The notes below the pieces were generated by a model that had not been told where the DNA came from, did not search any database, and was given only the letters and a program-made list of their open reading frames with translations. Both the position numbers and the translations under genes were made by a program. Below, piece by piece: positions 52,176 to 62,076 of a DNA stretch of 64,000 nt. This DNA is from Candidatus Nanoarchaeia archaeon (lineage in GTDB: Archaea > Nanobdellota > Nanobdellia > SCGC-AAA011-G17 > JAUYJU01). The first letter of the stretch is position 1; each line of letters opens with the position of its first letter. The DNA lies in NCBI GenBank assembly GCA_030700155.1, contig JAUYJU010000016.1, forward strand, positions 1,188 to 65,187, in the 5' to 3' direction.

Positions 52176-53534
52176 TCAATGTAAATAATAGTCACACATA
52201 GCTTTTATCGCCTTTACTGCACTATCTGGATAAGTGAAACAGGGAATCCCCCTTAATTCTAAATTTCTTTTGTGTAATTCTGTAAAATCTCCTCCTGTTG
52301 TAACTACAATAATTGGTTTCTTTTGTTGAGCATTTAATTCTGAGATGACTCCAACTATATCAGAACCTATCAAAGGGGTTTGCATAAGAACTATTAACAA
52401 AATAATATCTATATTTTTATCATATAAGCATTCTCTTATAACCACATCGTAAGTTTTTGTGGTTACATCACCTGCTAAATCTATTGGATTTTTAATGGTG
52501 CTTATTGTAGAGGTATTTCTTTTAATTTTCTTTCTAGTTTCTGTTGACATAACTGCTAATTTAAGATTATTTTCTGAAACTGAATCTGTAGCTAAAATAC
52601 CATAACCTCCCCCATTAGTAATAATCTGTATTTTATTACCTTTAGGTTTCATTGATTTATCTAATATTCTTGCAAAAGTAAATAATTCTTCAAGATTTTT
52701 TGCATGAATTATATTTGTTTGTTTGAACAGTCCTTTGTAGATTTCAAAAGAACCTGCTAAAGAAGCTGTGTGTGATAATACTGCTTCAGAACCTTCTTCA
52801 GTTATACCGCCTTTAATTGCAATAATTGGTTTTTTCTTAGAAACTCTTTTTGCAACTTCTAAAAATCTTTTACCGTCTTTTACACCTTCTAAATATAAAC
52901 AGATTACTTTAGTTTTTGGATCTTTTCCAAGATATTCAAGAAAATCACATTCATTTAAGTCTAATGCATTACCATAACTTATAAATTTTGAGAAACCATA
53001 ACCTTGAGTTGCAACTAAATCCATTGTTGCTGAACCAACAGCTCCCGATTGACATATAAAAGATATACCTCCTGCATGTGGCCTTGTAAGCCTTAATCTT
53101 GGAATGAATATTGTATCTAAATTTGTGTGAGCATCTAAAATGCCTAAAATATTAGGGCCTATCATTCTTATTCCATATCTTTTTAATATTTCTTTGATTT
53201 CTTCATCTGCGTCTTCATTTCCAATCTCTGAGAAACCTGCACTTATCATTGAAACTGCTTCAATCTCTTTTTTACCACATTGTTCGAGAACTTTTATTGC
53301 AAATTCTGCAGGTACTGCAATGATTGCTAAATCTATTTCTTCTCTAATATCTAGAACTGATTTATAAGATTTGAGATTAAGAATTTCTTCAGCTTTTGGA
53401 TTTATTGGATAAATTTTACCTTTATAACCTGCATCTAAAATATTCTTCAGAATAACGTGACCTATCTTATTTGGATCACGTGATGCTCCGATAACCGCTA
53501 TAGATTTCGGTTTAAAGAATTTGTCAAGGGTCAA
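52176..53534 (-). CDS. ADP-forming acetyl-CoA synthetase alpha-type subunit (CoA-binding + succinyl-CoA-synthetase-like flavodoxin domain)
   Basis: N-terminal KSIAVIGASRDPNKIGH CoA-binding motif; 452 aa. No ATP-grasp beta subunit in window. Confidence 0.55.
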   Translation of the reverse strand: MTLDKFFKPKSIAVIGASRDPNKIGHVILKNILDAGYKGKIYPINPKAEEILNLKSYKSVLDIREEIDLAIIAVPAEFAIKVLEQCGKKEIEAVSMISAGFSEIGNEDADEEIKEILKRYGIRMIGPNILGILDAHTNLDTIFIPRLRLTRPHAGGISFICQSGAVGSATMDLVATQGYGFSKFISYGNALDLNECDFLEYLGKDPKTKVICLYLEGVKDGKRFLEVAKRVSKKKPIIAIKGGITEEGSEAVLSHTASLAGSFEIYKGLFKQTNIIHAKNLEELFTFARILDKSMKPKGNKIQIITNGGGYGILATDSVSENNLKLAVMSTETRKKIKRNTSTISTIKNPIDLAGDVTTKTYDVVIRECLYDKNIDIILLIVLMQTPLIGSDIVGVISELNAQQKKPIIVVTTGGDFTELHKRNLELRGIPCFTYPDSAVKAIKAMCDYYLH

Positions 53535-53535
53535 T

Positions 53536-55239
53536 TTACTTCCTATGGTAATTGTAAGCGAATTGGTCTCTGCGTGAGCCTAAATCTCTATTTGAGAAAC
53601 TAACTCCTCTTCCACGAGATCCTTTTTGTCTTAGCTTAATATAAGAATATATTATCAAAAGAACTATGAAAATTATGATTAAGGTTATTAATAAAGAACT
53701 AACTCCTTCTTTTGTTAGAGGTAATATTCCAGAGGGTTTTGGTGCTACTGGTTCTGTAGTTTCTGGTTGTGTTGAAGCTTGTGTTGAAACTCTTTTGAAA
53801 GTTAAATCTGCTCTATTGCTTGTTGCAACATTTTCGAAAGTAACCTCAACGTCGTTTGTTCCGTCTTTATCAATATCAACTGACATTGATTGTCCTTGAC
53901 TTACTTCAACATTTATTGGATCTGATCTAAATTCTATTGTAACTTTATCTCCTTTTATTAATTTTAAAGTAGCTTGATGATTTTCTTCGTCTATACTAAA
54001 TGAGAATATTCCACCAACTGCCATTCTAGTTGGTATTCCTTGTGCATTTAATTCTCCGAAATCACGTTTTGAACCTGAACTGATTGGGTTTCTGTAATCT
54101 GCCCTTAATGGAGCTGGATTTCTACTTACTGATGTAGAGTGTATTGTAAATGTCTTATTAGTACTGTTGAAGTTTCCTGAACCGTCTCTGTAGATACAAC
54201 GTACTAAATAGCTACCTAAGTCGCTTGTATCAGTGAATTCTACTTCACCAATACCCGAAGTATCATTCTTTATTATTTTGAATGAACTTACATCAGGTAA
54301 TCTAATATCTATTGTAGCATTTGAGTTGAAGTAATCAACATTTTCTGTACCATTACAATTGCTTATTGTAACAGGTTTACCATAATCAAATTCAGTACCT
54401 ATAATATTAGGAGCACCATTTCTAGTACCTTTGAAACTTAATGTAGTTACTTCATAAGGTGCAACAGTATCTGTTATAGTTACAGTACCTGATGTGGTTC
54501 CTGTACTATTGTCATTTCCAACGTAATCTGAACATGTTACTTGCCAAGTGTTAGTTAACAAGGAATTAAATCCAGTTACTGAAGTAGTAAAGTTAGCTGA
54601 GTTATTAGATACTCCAATAACATTTGTAGCTCTTACAATACTGTTAACAGTTACATTACATAATGAATTTGTCATTAATGCATCTGCTACTTTCCACACA
54701 ACAGTTACTGAACCATTTGTGAATTGTGCTGCAGCAATAGTATCTCCTGATCTGTTAGGGAATACTAATGTGATATTACTTGGAGCAACTGTATCTACTG
54801 TGATTGTGCTGTTTGACATCTGGTTTGTAGCACCAACTCTTGAAAAGTTGGCTCCAACAGTAGTATTACCATTTGGAGCAGCATCAATGAAGTTAGTACC
54901 ATTGTTTATCATTATCGCACTAGAGTTTGCTGCCAAACAATTCCAGAAGTATCTTCCATCCGGAATATTTAGTACTGTGAATGTTGTTGAGTTTGATATT
55001 GGTGTAGTATTTGTATCATTAATAGTGATATCTGCACTAAAATTCAAACCTATGGATATGTTTTGTATTGCTTCATCTCCATCTGGAGTAGCACTACATG
55101 TAAATGTTACATCATTGCTAGAACTGTTTGCACCGGTTGTCGGCGAATCTAAAGTTACTGCTGCAATACCAGCAAAAACGTAATAAGAGGCAATAATCAC
55201 TAAGACAAATAATAAAAGATTTAGCCATTTACCTCTCAT
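53536..55239 (-). CDS. Large secreted surface protein (signal anchor, Asn/Thr-rich with many N-glycosylation sequons, C-terminal TM + basic tail)
   Basis: N-terminal TM/signal, C-terminal LLITLIIIFIVLLIIYSYIKLRQKGSRGRG. Confidence 0.4.
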   Translation of the reverse strand: MRGKWLNLLLFVLVIIASYYVFAGIAAVTLDSPTTGANSSSNDVTFTCSATPDGDEAIQNISIGLNFSADITINDTNTTPISNSTTFTVLNIPDGRYFWNCLAANSSAIMINNGTNFIDAAPNGNTTVGANFSRVGATNQMSNSTITVDTVAPSNITLVFPNRSGDTIAAAQFTNGSVTVVWKVADALMTNSLCNVTVNSIVRATNVIGVSNNSANFTTSVTGFNSLLTNTWQVTCSDYVGNDNSTGTTSGTVTITDTVAPYEVTTLSFKGTRNGAPNIIGTEFDYGKPVTISNCNGTENVDYFNSNATIDIRLPDVSSFKIIKNDTSGIGEVEFTDTSDLGSYLVRCIYRDGSGNFNSTNKTFTIHSTSVSRNPAPLRADYRNPISSGSKRDFGELNAQGIPTRMAVGGIFSFSIDEENHQATLKLIKGDKVTIEFRSDPINVEVSQGQSMSVDIDKDGTNDVEVTFENVATSNRADLTFKRVSTQASTQPETTEPVAPKPSGILPLTKEGVSSLLITLIIIFIVLLIIYSYIKLRQKGSRGRGVSFSNRDLGSRRDQFAYNYHRK

Positions 55240-55345
55240 TCATTCACCCCTTGTAATGTATTTATAAATCCAATACTAGTATTTAAAGCTTTTGCAGAGA
55301 AAGGTTTTTATAGAAGTTGGATTTAAATAAGAGCATAGGGGTGAA

Positions 55346-55798
55346 TTGATGGCTCAAAGTTATGAAAATGTTTTAAGATTGGTTTTGATAATTTTATTAC
55401 TGTTCTTTATTGTAAGCGCTGTTCGTGTAAAGGAAGATTATGCTTTAAGCGGTAATTTTATGGGTTTAGGAACGTCTCCATACTCTCAAGATAAAATAGG
55501 TGAAGTTGACATCGGAGCTACACTTGCTCAAAGGAATGGTTGTTATGATAGTGATGGTGGAGATAATGTAAGGGAAGTTGGAATTGTTACTTACAGGGTT
55601 GGAAAAGAGGTATACAAAGTTATTGATATATGTCAAGATTCTAAAAATTTAATTGAGATGGTATGCCTTGGTGGTGGAAAAACCAGTAGTATAGGAACTC
55701 AAGAATCAAGTTATGTAAGAGAATGTACTTATAGTTGTGAAAATGGAATCTGTGTTGAAGAAACTTTCCAAGAAGGACAACTGAGATATATTAAATAA
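55346..55798 (+). CDS. Small secreted Cys-rich protein
   Basis: Signal peptide-like N-terminus, 8 Cys. Confidence 0.3.
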   Translation: MMAQSYENVLRLVLIILLLFFIVSAVRVKEDYALSGNFMGLGTSPYSQDKIGEVDIGATLAQRNGCYDSDGGDNVREVGIVTYRVGKEVYKVIDICQDSKNLIEMVCLGGGKTSSIGTQESSYVRECTYSCENGICVEETFQEGQLRYIK

Positions 55799-57116
55799 AT
55801 TTTTTATTTTTTAGAATTGTTTTTAAATTAATTCCTACTTCTTCTGATTCGTAACTTACGTTAGCAACTGGTTTTTTTATTTTTAGTAGTTTAAATAAAT
55901 CAAATGGGCTGCCATCAATAACAGAATCACAAGGAATCTTTTCTATTGTTTTCTTGAAATCTGAAATCTGTTTTCTTCCGTAACCGATAGCGGGAAGAAT
56001 TTTATCAAGATGAGGATATTTTTTGTAAATTTCTTTCAAACTTCCAACCGCATATTTTTTAGGGTCGACTATTCTTGCTTTTAATTTTCTAGCCATTACT
56101 GTTCCTGCTCCAGTAGACATTCCGCCATGAGTTAGTGTGGGTCCGTCTTCAACAACTAGAACTTTTTTATTTTTTATCAATTCAGGTTTATCAACTGTGA
56201 TGATTGATTTTGTTTTTATTATTGTTATTTTTTTACCAGTCTCTTTTTCAAGAATTTTAATATTATTTAGAATTTTATTAACTCCGGATTTTGGAGCGTC
56301 ATTTATTTTATTAATTACAACTACATCTGCTAACCTAAAATTCTCTTCACCTGGGTGGTATAAATATTCATGATTTGCACGGAATGGATCAGTAACTACT
56401 ATGTGTAAATCTGATTTATAGAAAGGAACGTCATTATTTCCGCCGTCCCACAAAATTATATCAGCTTCTTTTTCTGCTCTCTTTAATATCTCTTTATAAT
56501 CAACTCCGGCATAAACTACAGATCCCATCTTTATATGGGGTTCGTAATCTTCGCGTTCCTCAATAGTGCAATTTGCCTTATCTAAATCTTTCATAGATGC
56601 AAATCTTTGAACTCTTTGTTTTACTAAATTGCCGTAAGGCATAGGATGTCTTACAACGACTACTTTTTTTCCTGCTCTCTTTAATAGGGTAGCAATTCTT
56701 CTTGAAATTTGAGATTTTCCGCAACCTGTTCTTACTGCGCACACAGAAATTATTTTCTTCTTTGATTTCAAACTTGTCTTTTTATAGCTTAATAATTTGA
56801 AATTTGCACCTGCTGCTAAAACCATTGAAGCTTTGTGCATCACATCCTCATGTTTTAAATCTGAATAAGAAAGAATTACTTCATCTACATTTAATTCTTT
56901 AATCAACTTCGGAAGAATCCTTTCTGGATATATTGGAATTCCTTTTTTGTATCTTTTTCCTGCAAGTTGTTTTGGAAATCTTCTTTTTTCTATTCCCGGA
57001 ATCTGCTCTGCTGTGAAGGCAACTACTTCATATTCTTTGTTATCTTTGAAGATTGTAAGAAAGTCGTGGAAATCTCTTCCTGCAGCTCCCATGATAATAA
57101 CTTTTTTCACATTCAC
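55791..57116 (-). CDS. Cyclic 2,3-diphosphoglycerate synthetase-like protein (tentative)
   Basis: N-terminal IIMGAAGRDFHDF and internal P-loop-like TGCGKSQ recalled from cPGS family. Not verified. Confidence 0.35.
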   Translation of the reverse strand: MNVKKVIIMGAAGRDFHDFLTIFKDNKEYEVVAFTAEQIPGIEKRRFPKQLAGKRYKKGIPIYPERILPKLIKELNVDEVILSYSDLKHEDVMHKASMVLAAGANFKLLSYKKTSLKSKKKIISVCAVRTGCGKSQISRRIATLLKRAGKKVVVVRHPMPYGNLVKQRVQRFASMKDLDKANCTIEEREDYEPHIKMGSVVYAGVDYKEILKRAEKEADIILWDGGNNDVPFYKSDLHIVVTDPFRANHEYLYHPGEENFRLADVVVINKINDAPKSGVNKILNNIKILEKETGKKITIIKTKSIITVDKPELIKNKKVLVVEDGPTLTHGGMSTGAGTVMARKLKARIVDPKKYAVGSLKEIYKKYPHLDKILPAIGYGRKQISDFKKTIEKIPCDSVIDGSPFDLFKLLKIKKPVANVSYESEEVGINLKTILKNKKFI

Positions 57117-57152
57117 CTCTAAAAGAAATAAAGGATGTAGAATTATTTAAGT

Positions 57153-57524
57153 TTATCTATTAAAAAATTTGTCTAATGACCATTTATCTGAACCGACTTT
57201 AGACAAGTGCCATGCTGCAGCTAAAAGTACAAAATCTTTTGCTATCACTTTAAGCATTCCTAAATAAACTCCACTTATAATTATTATAAGCATCAAAACT
57301 GCTGTAAGTTTTGCTGAAGTTTTTGTGAATAAACCCACTAAAACTAATGAACCTAAAATAAATTCTACTAAACCTAGAATAATTAAAGTGGTATCTGCTG
57401 GAAGAAAAGTAATTATCTGTTCAACAGGTGGTCTTGAATCAAAGAATAATTTTCCTATTCCTGCGTTAAGGAATATTCCTCCTAAAGCGATACGCATTAA
57501 TAATTCTGCCCAGCTTGTTTTCAT
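57153..57524 (-). CDS. DoxX-family membrane protein
   Basis: 123 aa, 4 TM; paralogous pattern to 41506..41877. Confidence 0.45.
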   Translation of the reverse strand: MKTSWAELLMRIALGGIFLNAGIGKLFFDSRPPVEQIITFLPADTTLIILGLVEFILGSLVLVGLFTKTSAKLTAVLMLIIIISGVYLGMLKVIAKDFVLLAAAWHLSKVGSDKWSLDKFFNR

Positions 57525-57607
57525 AGTTTTTAACTAATAGTAATCTATTTATAAGTATTACTGTAATAAAGCAATAGTTTTTTAAATGCCAATTCTAAGA
57601 TGATTTT

Positions 57608-58327
57608 ATGGTTCAGAAATATAAAACTAAAGTTATAGAAATAAGGGAAGACACACATAATACTAGGGTGTTTAAGGTAGTTTTTGATGGTATTGAAAAC
57701 TTTAATTTTATAGCTGGACAATTTGTTATGATGTGGAAAGAGGATTTTAAGAATGAGCAAGGTTATGAGATTAAAAGAGCATATTCGATAGCTTCAAGCC
57801 CTGATCAAAAAGGATATTTGGAATTTTGTATAAAAAAAGAAAGAGTTTTCTCCTCAATGATTATGAATATGGAAGTTGGAACTGAGTTGTGGATTGAAGG
57901 TCCGCATGGTAAATTTATTTTAGATAATAAACATAGGGATAAAGATATTGTATTTTTTGCTGGAGGCTCTGGAATATCTTCTGTTATGTCATTAATGAGG
58001 GCTTTGAAATATGAAAAATCAAAACAGAACATATATCTATTTTATGGATTTAGAGAAGCTAAAGATTTTATTTTTAAAAATGAATTAATAACTTACCCTA
58101 ATAAATTTGAGAATTTCAATTTTGTACCTTGTGTAACTTCTGGTCAAGATCCTGGTTTGCCCTTTGAATCTAAACGAGTAAACTTAGAATTAATTAAAAA
58201 ATATTTAGTTAGTCCTGAAAATAAAAAGGTATTCATTGTTGGTTCTGGACCTTATGTTGTGGATGTCAGAAAGATGTGTAAAGAATTCGGTTTTAAATCT
58301 GAAGATATCCATGTAGAAGTTTATTAG
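57608..58327 (+). CDS. FNR-like FAD/NAD(P)-binding oxidoreductase (PyrK / sulfhydrogenase-gamma-like, no Fe-S tail)
   Basis: RAYSIASSP FAD motif; FFAGGSGISSVMSL NAD motif. Confidence 0.6.
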   Translation: MVQKYKTKVIEIREDTHNTRVFKVVFDGIENFNFIAGQFVMMWKEDFKNEQGYEIKRAYSIASSPDQKGYLEFCIKKERVFSSMIMNMEVGTELWIEGPHGKFILDNKHRDKDIVFFAGGSGISSVMSLMRALKYEKSKQNIYLFYGFREAKDFIFKNELITYPNKFENFNFVPCVTSGQDPGLPFESKRVNLELIKKYLVSPENKKVFIVGSGPYVVDVRKMCKEFGFKSEDIHVEVY

Positions 58328-59343
58328 ATTATGCATGCTTGCGGTGGATTTTTTAATAAAGTTTCTAAAATAGTAATTGTTTGTTCAATATCTTTCCTAT
58401 TTGCTATTCCAATACTTGTGTGTAAGTTTCTAACTGCAACTCCAATTACAGAAGTAGGAATTCCTCCCTTAGATAGGGATATTCTTAAAGCATCTGTTGT
58501 ACCTAAATCGCTTACTTCCAATTGATAAGGTATTTTCTTCTTTTTTGCGCAACCCATAAGCCAATCGTTAATGCATTTATTTCCAAGCATGTCTGCATCC
58601 TTTATTGTGATTGTTGGACCTGCACCTAAGGTTAAAGTCGGATGAGCAGATCTATCATCTGCTGCTGTAACGTCTACTGCTACGGCCCAGGCAGGATCGA
58701 TATTATAAACTGCTGTTTTTGCGCCATATAATCCCAATTCTTCCTGAACTGAAAATACAAAGTAAAGATCTCCTTTTGTTTTCTTTAATTTTTTAGCTAA
58801 CTCCATCAAAATAAAACAACCTATCCTATCATCTAAAGCTTTTCCACATATTATTTCATTGCTTCCTAAAGTATCATTATCAGAATGAAGGTGTAAGTAA
58901 GATCCAATTTCTATTCCTAATTTTATTAATTCTCCTCTAGATAACCCTGTATCTACAAATAAATCTTCCAATTTTGGAGAATTTTCAGGATCTTCAAAAC
59001 CAGAACTAATTTCTGATAAGGTAATAACTCCTTCAATTGGTTTTTTATTTGTATAAATTTTAACTCTTTGTCCCACTAAAGATAAAGGTTCTACACCCCC
59101 AATTGGTGAAAATTTTATTAGACCGGCGGAATCAATATGGTGTATCATCAAACCTACTTCATCCATGTGGGCAATTAACATAACTTTAGCGCCTTGACCT
59201 TTCTTATGTGCGATTAGATTTCCAAACTTATCTATTTTAATTTCAGAAACATAAGGTTTTATTGTTTTTTGAATTAGAGAGCGAACTTCCTGTTCTGCTC
59301 CTGAAGGACCAAATGTGTCCATCAACTGTCTTAATAGATCCAT
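58324..59343 (-). CDS. M42-family (TET/FrvX) aminopeptidase
   Basis: MDLLRQLMDTFGPSGAEQEVR start; HMDEVG; metal-binding Asp/Glu pattern. Start trimmed to internal Met at 59343. Confidence 0.7.
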   Translation of the reverse strand: MDLLRQLMDTFGPSGAEQEVRSLIQKTIKPYVSEIKIDKFGNLIAHKKGQGAKVMLIAHMDEVGLMIHHIDSAGLIKFSPIGGVEPLSLVGQRVKIYTNKKPIEGVITLSEISSGFEDPENSPKLEDLFVDTGLSRGELIKLGIEIGSYLHLHSDNDTLGSNEIICGKALDDRIGCFILMELAKKLKKTKGDLYFVFSVQEELGLYGAKTAVYNIDPAWAVAVDVTAADDRSAHPTLTLGAGPTITIKDADMLGNKCINDWLMGCAKKKKIPYQLEVSDLGTTDALRISLSKGGIPTSVIGVAVRNLHTSIGIANRKDIEQTITILETLLKNPPQACII

Positions 59344-59439
59344 TTTCACCTCTTTTGACCTGCTTGTTGAAACGAAAATATATTCGTTTAATAAACTGAT
59401 TAATTGCAAGCAGGCATTTTTTAGCCAATTTAACATGAT

Positions 59440-59676
59440 TTATTTTATCTTTAATAATTTTTTAATTTTTTCTTCATCAAAACCTATAACTATTTCTCCA
59501 TCAATCTCTGTTACAGGGACGCCTTGTTGTCCTGATTTTTCTATCATTTCCTGAGCAGCTTCATGGTCCTCTCCTACATTGATGTCCTTAAATTGGATTT
59601 TATGTTCTTTTAGGAAATCTTTTACTTTATGACACCAAGGGCATGATTCTGTGCTGTAAACTTTAACTTCTACCAT
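59440..59676 (-). CDS. Glutaredoxin-like protein
   Basis: CPWCHKVK active site, 78 aa. Confidence 0.6.
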   Translation of the reverse strand: MVEVKVYSTESCPWCHKVKDFLKEHKIQFKDINVGEDHEAAQEMIEKSGQQGVPVTEIDGEIVIGFDEEKIKKLLKIK

Positions 59677-59749
59677 AGATTCTAACCAGGAATGAGATTA
59701 TATAAATCTTATGATATAATTTATAAGTAATAAGGTTATATTTAAATTC

Positions 59750-60973
59750 ATGATTAAAGTGGTGATTTTAGGTGGTGGTTTTGGAGGATTCTATACTGTA
59801 AGAAGTTTATGCAAATATAAATCAGAGCTTGAAATTACTTTAATCGATAGGGATAATTATTTTACATTTACGCCTTTATTGCATGAAGTTGCTACTGCAG
59901 GTATAAGGGAAAATAATGTAGTTTACAAATTAAAAGAGCATTTAAACAATGGAAGAGTTAAGACAGTAAAAGCTGAAATTAAAAATGTAGATCTTAAGAA
60001 AAAAACTGTAAAAACTTCTGAAGGTAATTATGATTATGACTATTTAGTTATAGCTTTAGGAGCAAAAACAAATTATTATGATATTCCTGGTTTAGAAGAC
60101 TATGCTTATCCATTGAAAACAATACAAGATGCGCATACTATAAGGAAAGCTGTTGTTGAAGCTTTCAAAAAAGCAAATAAAACTAAAAATTTGAAAGAAA
60201 GAAAGAAACTTTTGACTTTTGTAGTTGTTGGTGCAGGTGCAACTGGTATAGAATTAGTTGCTGAATTAAGAGAGTTTGGAGATTTATTGATTGAGAGGCA
60301 GTTTAAAAATTTAAATAAAAAAGACTTTAGAGTGATAATATTACAAAAAAGCGCCCATATGGTGCATGAATTACCTAGTGGGCTTGTCAGTAAAGTTGAA
60401 AATAAACTTAAAAAAATGAGTGTTGAGTTAAGGTATAATAGTCCTGTTAAAAAAGTTACTAAAGAAGGGGTTTATGTTGATGGAGAATTTATTCCATGTA
60501 ATGTGAAGATTGCTGCCACCGGTGTAGAGGCTAATGTTGTAAAAACTACGCCTAATATTTATCATGGTAAAAATGGGATACCTGTTAAGAGAACTCTGCA
60601 GATAAATAAATTTAGAAATGTTTTTGCTTTAGGCGATATTGCAATACATGAAAATAAAAATGGAGAGATAACCCCCAAATTAGCACAAGTTGCAACAAGA
60701 GAAGCTAAAATTGTTGCGAATAATATTATTAATTCTATTTATGGTAACTTTTTGGAAGAATTTGAATTCAGAAGCCAGGGATTTTTGCTATCTGTTGGTC
60801 AAAGATTTGCTGTCGCTGAGATTTTTGGAATTTTCTTAAAAGGATTTATTGCCTGGTGGTTGTGGAGAACTGTTTACTTGATGAAGATTGTTGGTTTGAA
60901 GAATAAATTATATTTAGCTTATGATTGGACTATAGGCTTATTTAGGAAGAGGTTTGTAAAGAGAAGTGTTTAA
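59750..60973 (+). CDS. FAD-dependent pyridine-nucleotide-disulfide-family oxidoreductase (type II NADH dehydrogenase / SQR-like)
   Basis: VVILGGGFGG and VVVGAGATGIELVAEL dinucleotide motifs; C-terminal amphipathic/membrane segment. Confidence 0.6.
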   Translation: MIKVVILGGGFGGFYTVRSLCKYKSELEITLIDRDNYFTFTPLLHEVATAGIRENNVVYKLKEHLNNGRVKTVKAEIKNVDLKKKTVKTSEGNYDYDYLVIALGAKTNYYDIPGLEDYAYPLKTIQDAHTIRKAVVEAFKKANKTKNLKERKKLLTFVVVGAGATGIELVAELREFGDLLIERQFKNLNKKDFRVIILQKSAHMVHELPSGLVSKVENKLKKMSVELRYNSPVKKVTKEGVYVDGEFIPCNVKIAATGVEANVVKTTPNIYHGKNGIPVKRTLQINKFRNVFALGDIAIHENKNGEITPKLAQVATREAKIVANNIINSIYGNFLEEFEFRSQGFLLSVGQRFAVAEIFGIFLKGFIAWWLWRTVYLMKIVGLKNKLYLAYDWTIGLFRKRFVKRSV

Positions 60974-61571
60974 GAGTAAACCCAAATATACCTAATATCA
61001 AGGAAAAACCTGCAGAATATAATAAAACCCTAATAACAGCATCAAAGAAAAAAGGTTCTGGGAACATAACTATCATTTTGTCGTATTCAGGATTTAATTG
61101 CCACAGATCATTATTGAAAAAAACTTCATGGAATATTGTAAATGAACTTGTAAAGAATAATGAGAAAAGTATGACCAAGCTTATAATTACTCCTAAGGTT
61201 GCTATTCCTCCGTAAAATAATGAAATAAAAATTTCTTTATATTGTTTTGAGTAAAGTAAACTTAGAATTAAAATTGAGACTAATATTACTGAAATATAGA
61301 AGAGATAAGAAAATAGCTTATTTGTATTATAAACATCTTCCATATGGGCTATCTCCCCTTCATTAAAAAATCCTAACTCTAATGGAGTTTTATTTTTCAT
61401 ATAACTTATTAAATTTTGAGCTTCTTTATTGACAGTTTCTTTTGGTAACTCATTATAAACTCCATGCTTTTCAAATTCGTGTTTATAGAAATCAATATTG
61501 TAAGCTACTAAATTATAACTTAATAATAAAATAAGAAATGGAAATAAAATAATAATTAATTTAGTTTTCAT
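60942..61571 (-). CDS. Integral membrane protein (no Cys), function unknown
   Basis: 4-5 TM helices. Confidence 0.3.
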   Translation of the reverse strand: MKTKLIIILFPFLILLLSYNLVAYNIDFYKHEFEKHGVYNELPKETVNKEAQNLISYMKNKTPLELGFFNEGEIAHMEDVYNTNKLFSYLFYISVILVSILILSLLYSKQYKEIFISLFYGGIATLGVIISLVILFSLFFTSSFTIFHEVFFNNDLWQLNPEYDKMIVMFPEPFFFDAVIRVLLYSAGFSLILGIFGFTLKHFSLQTSS

Positions 61572-62067
61572 CTTTTAGTAATTCTTCTATAACTGCCCTG
61601 AATTCTGCTTCCTCAGCTTTTAAGTTATTTTGAGCTTCGTAACCGTTTCCAACTCTCTTGTATTTGCAACCAAATACAAAGGTAGGTATTGAACCTGAAG
61701 GATTATATTTTTTATGTAAGCCTATTTCTTTTGGAGGTATAACCGATTCTTGTATTCCATCAGTTAATTCATTATCTCCATTATCAAGAACCCAATGGTA
61801 AGCTGCAATCTTTCCGTCTCTTTCGTATTCTTTTACAACTTTATTGAAAGTTCCCCTTATCCAATTGCAGTGTGGACACCATGTTGTTGAGAATAATCTT
61901 ATAATCGGTTTATTATCTTCATAACAAATAGGATCTCCTGTTTCTTCAAAAGTTGTAATCTGTCCTTCATTTACACGTTGATCTATATTAACAACGCCCG
62001 AAGGTTCTGATTTAGAACAACCTATTAATAAAATAAAAATAAATAAAAGAAAAAATGTTTTTTTCAT
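61561..62067 (-). CDS. Thioredoxin-fold lipoprotein (TlpA/ResA-like thiol-disulfide oxidoreductase)
   Basis: Lipobox-like LIGCSK; WCPHC active site. Confidence 0.5.
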   Translation of the reverse strand: MKKTFFLLFIFILLIGCSKSEPSGVVNIDQRVNEGQITTFEETGDPICYEDNKPIIRLFSTTWCPHCNWIRGTFNKVVKEYERDGKIAAYHWVLDNGDNELTDGIQESVIPPKEIGLHKKYNPSGSIPTFVFGCKYKRVGNGYEAQNNLKAEEAEFRAVIEELLKDEN

Positions 62068-62076
62068 TTTTTCTCC

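Noticed and set aside
40256-57537. Short ORFs overlapping annotated genes elsewhere (40256..40459, 40541..40735, 42304..42489, 42532..42852, 45167..45355, 45667..46047, 46383..46574, 46800..47084, 47259..47507, 49523..49726, 49825..50013, 50421..50606, 50668..50982, 52768..52977, 53140..53367, 53666..53899, 54548..55183, 56137..56373, 56947..57150, 57325..57537)
   Set aside because: All lie antisense to, or out of frame within, longer genes with recognisable families. Compositionally biased translations.
57545-59554. Short ORFs at 57545..57760, 57805..58032, 58331..58525, 59243..59428, 59315..59554
   Set aside because: They are in promoter or intergenic AT-rich sequence, or overlap the FNR-like and M42 peptidase genes. 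No support.
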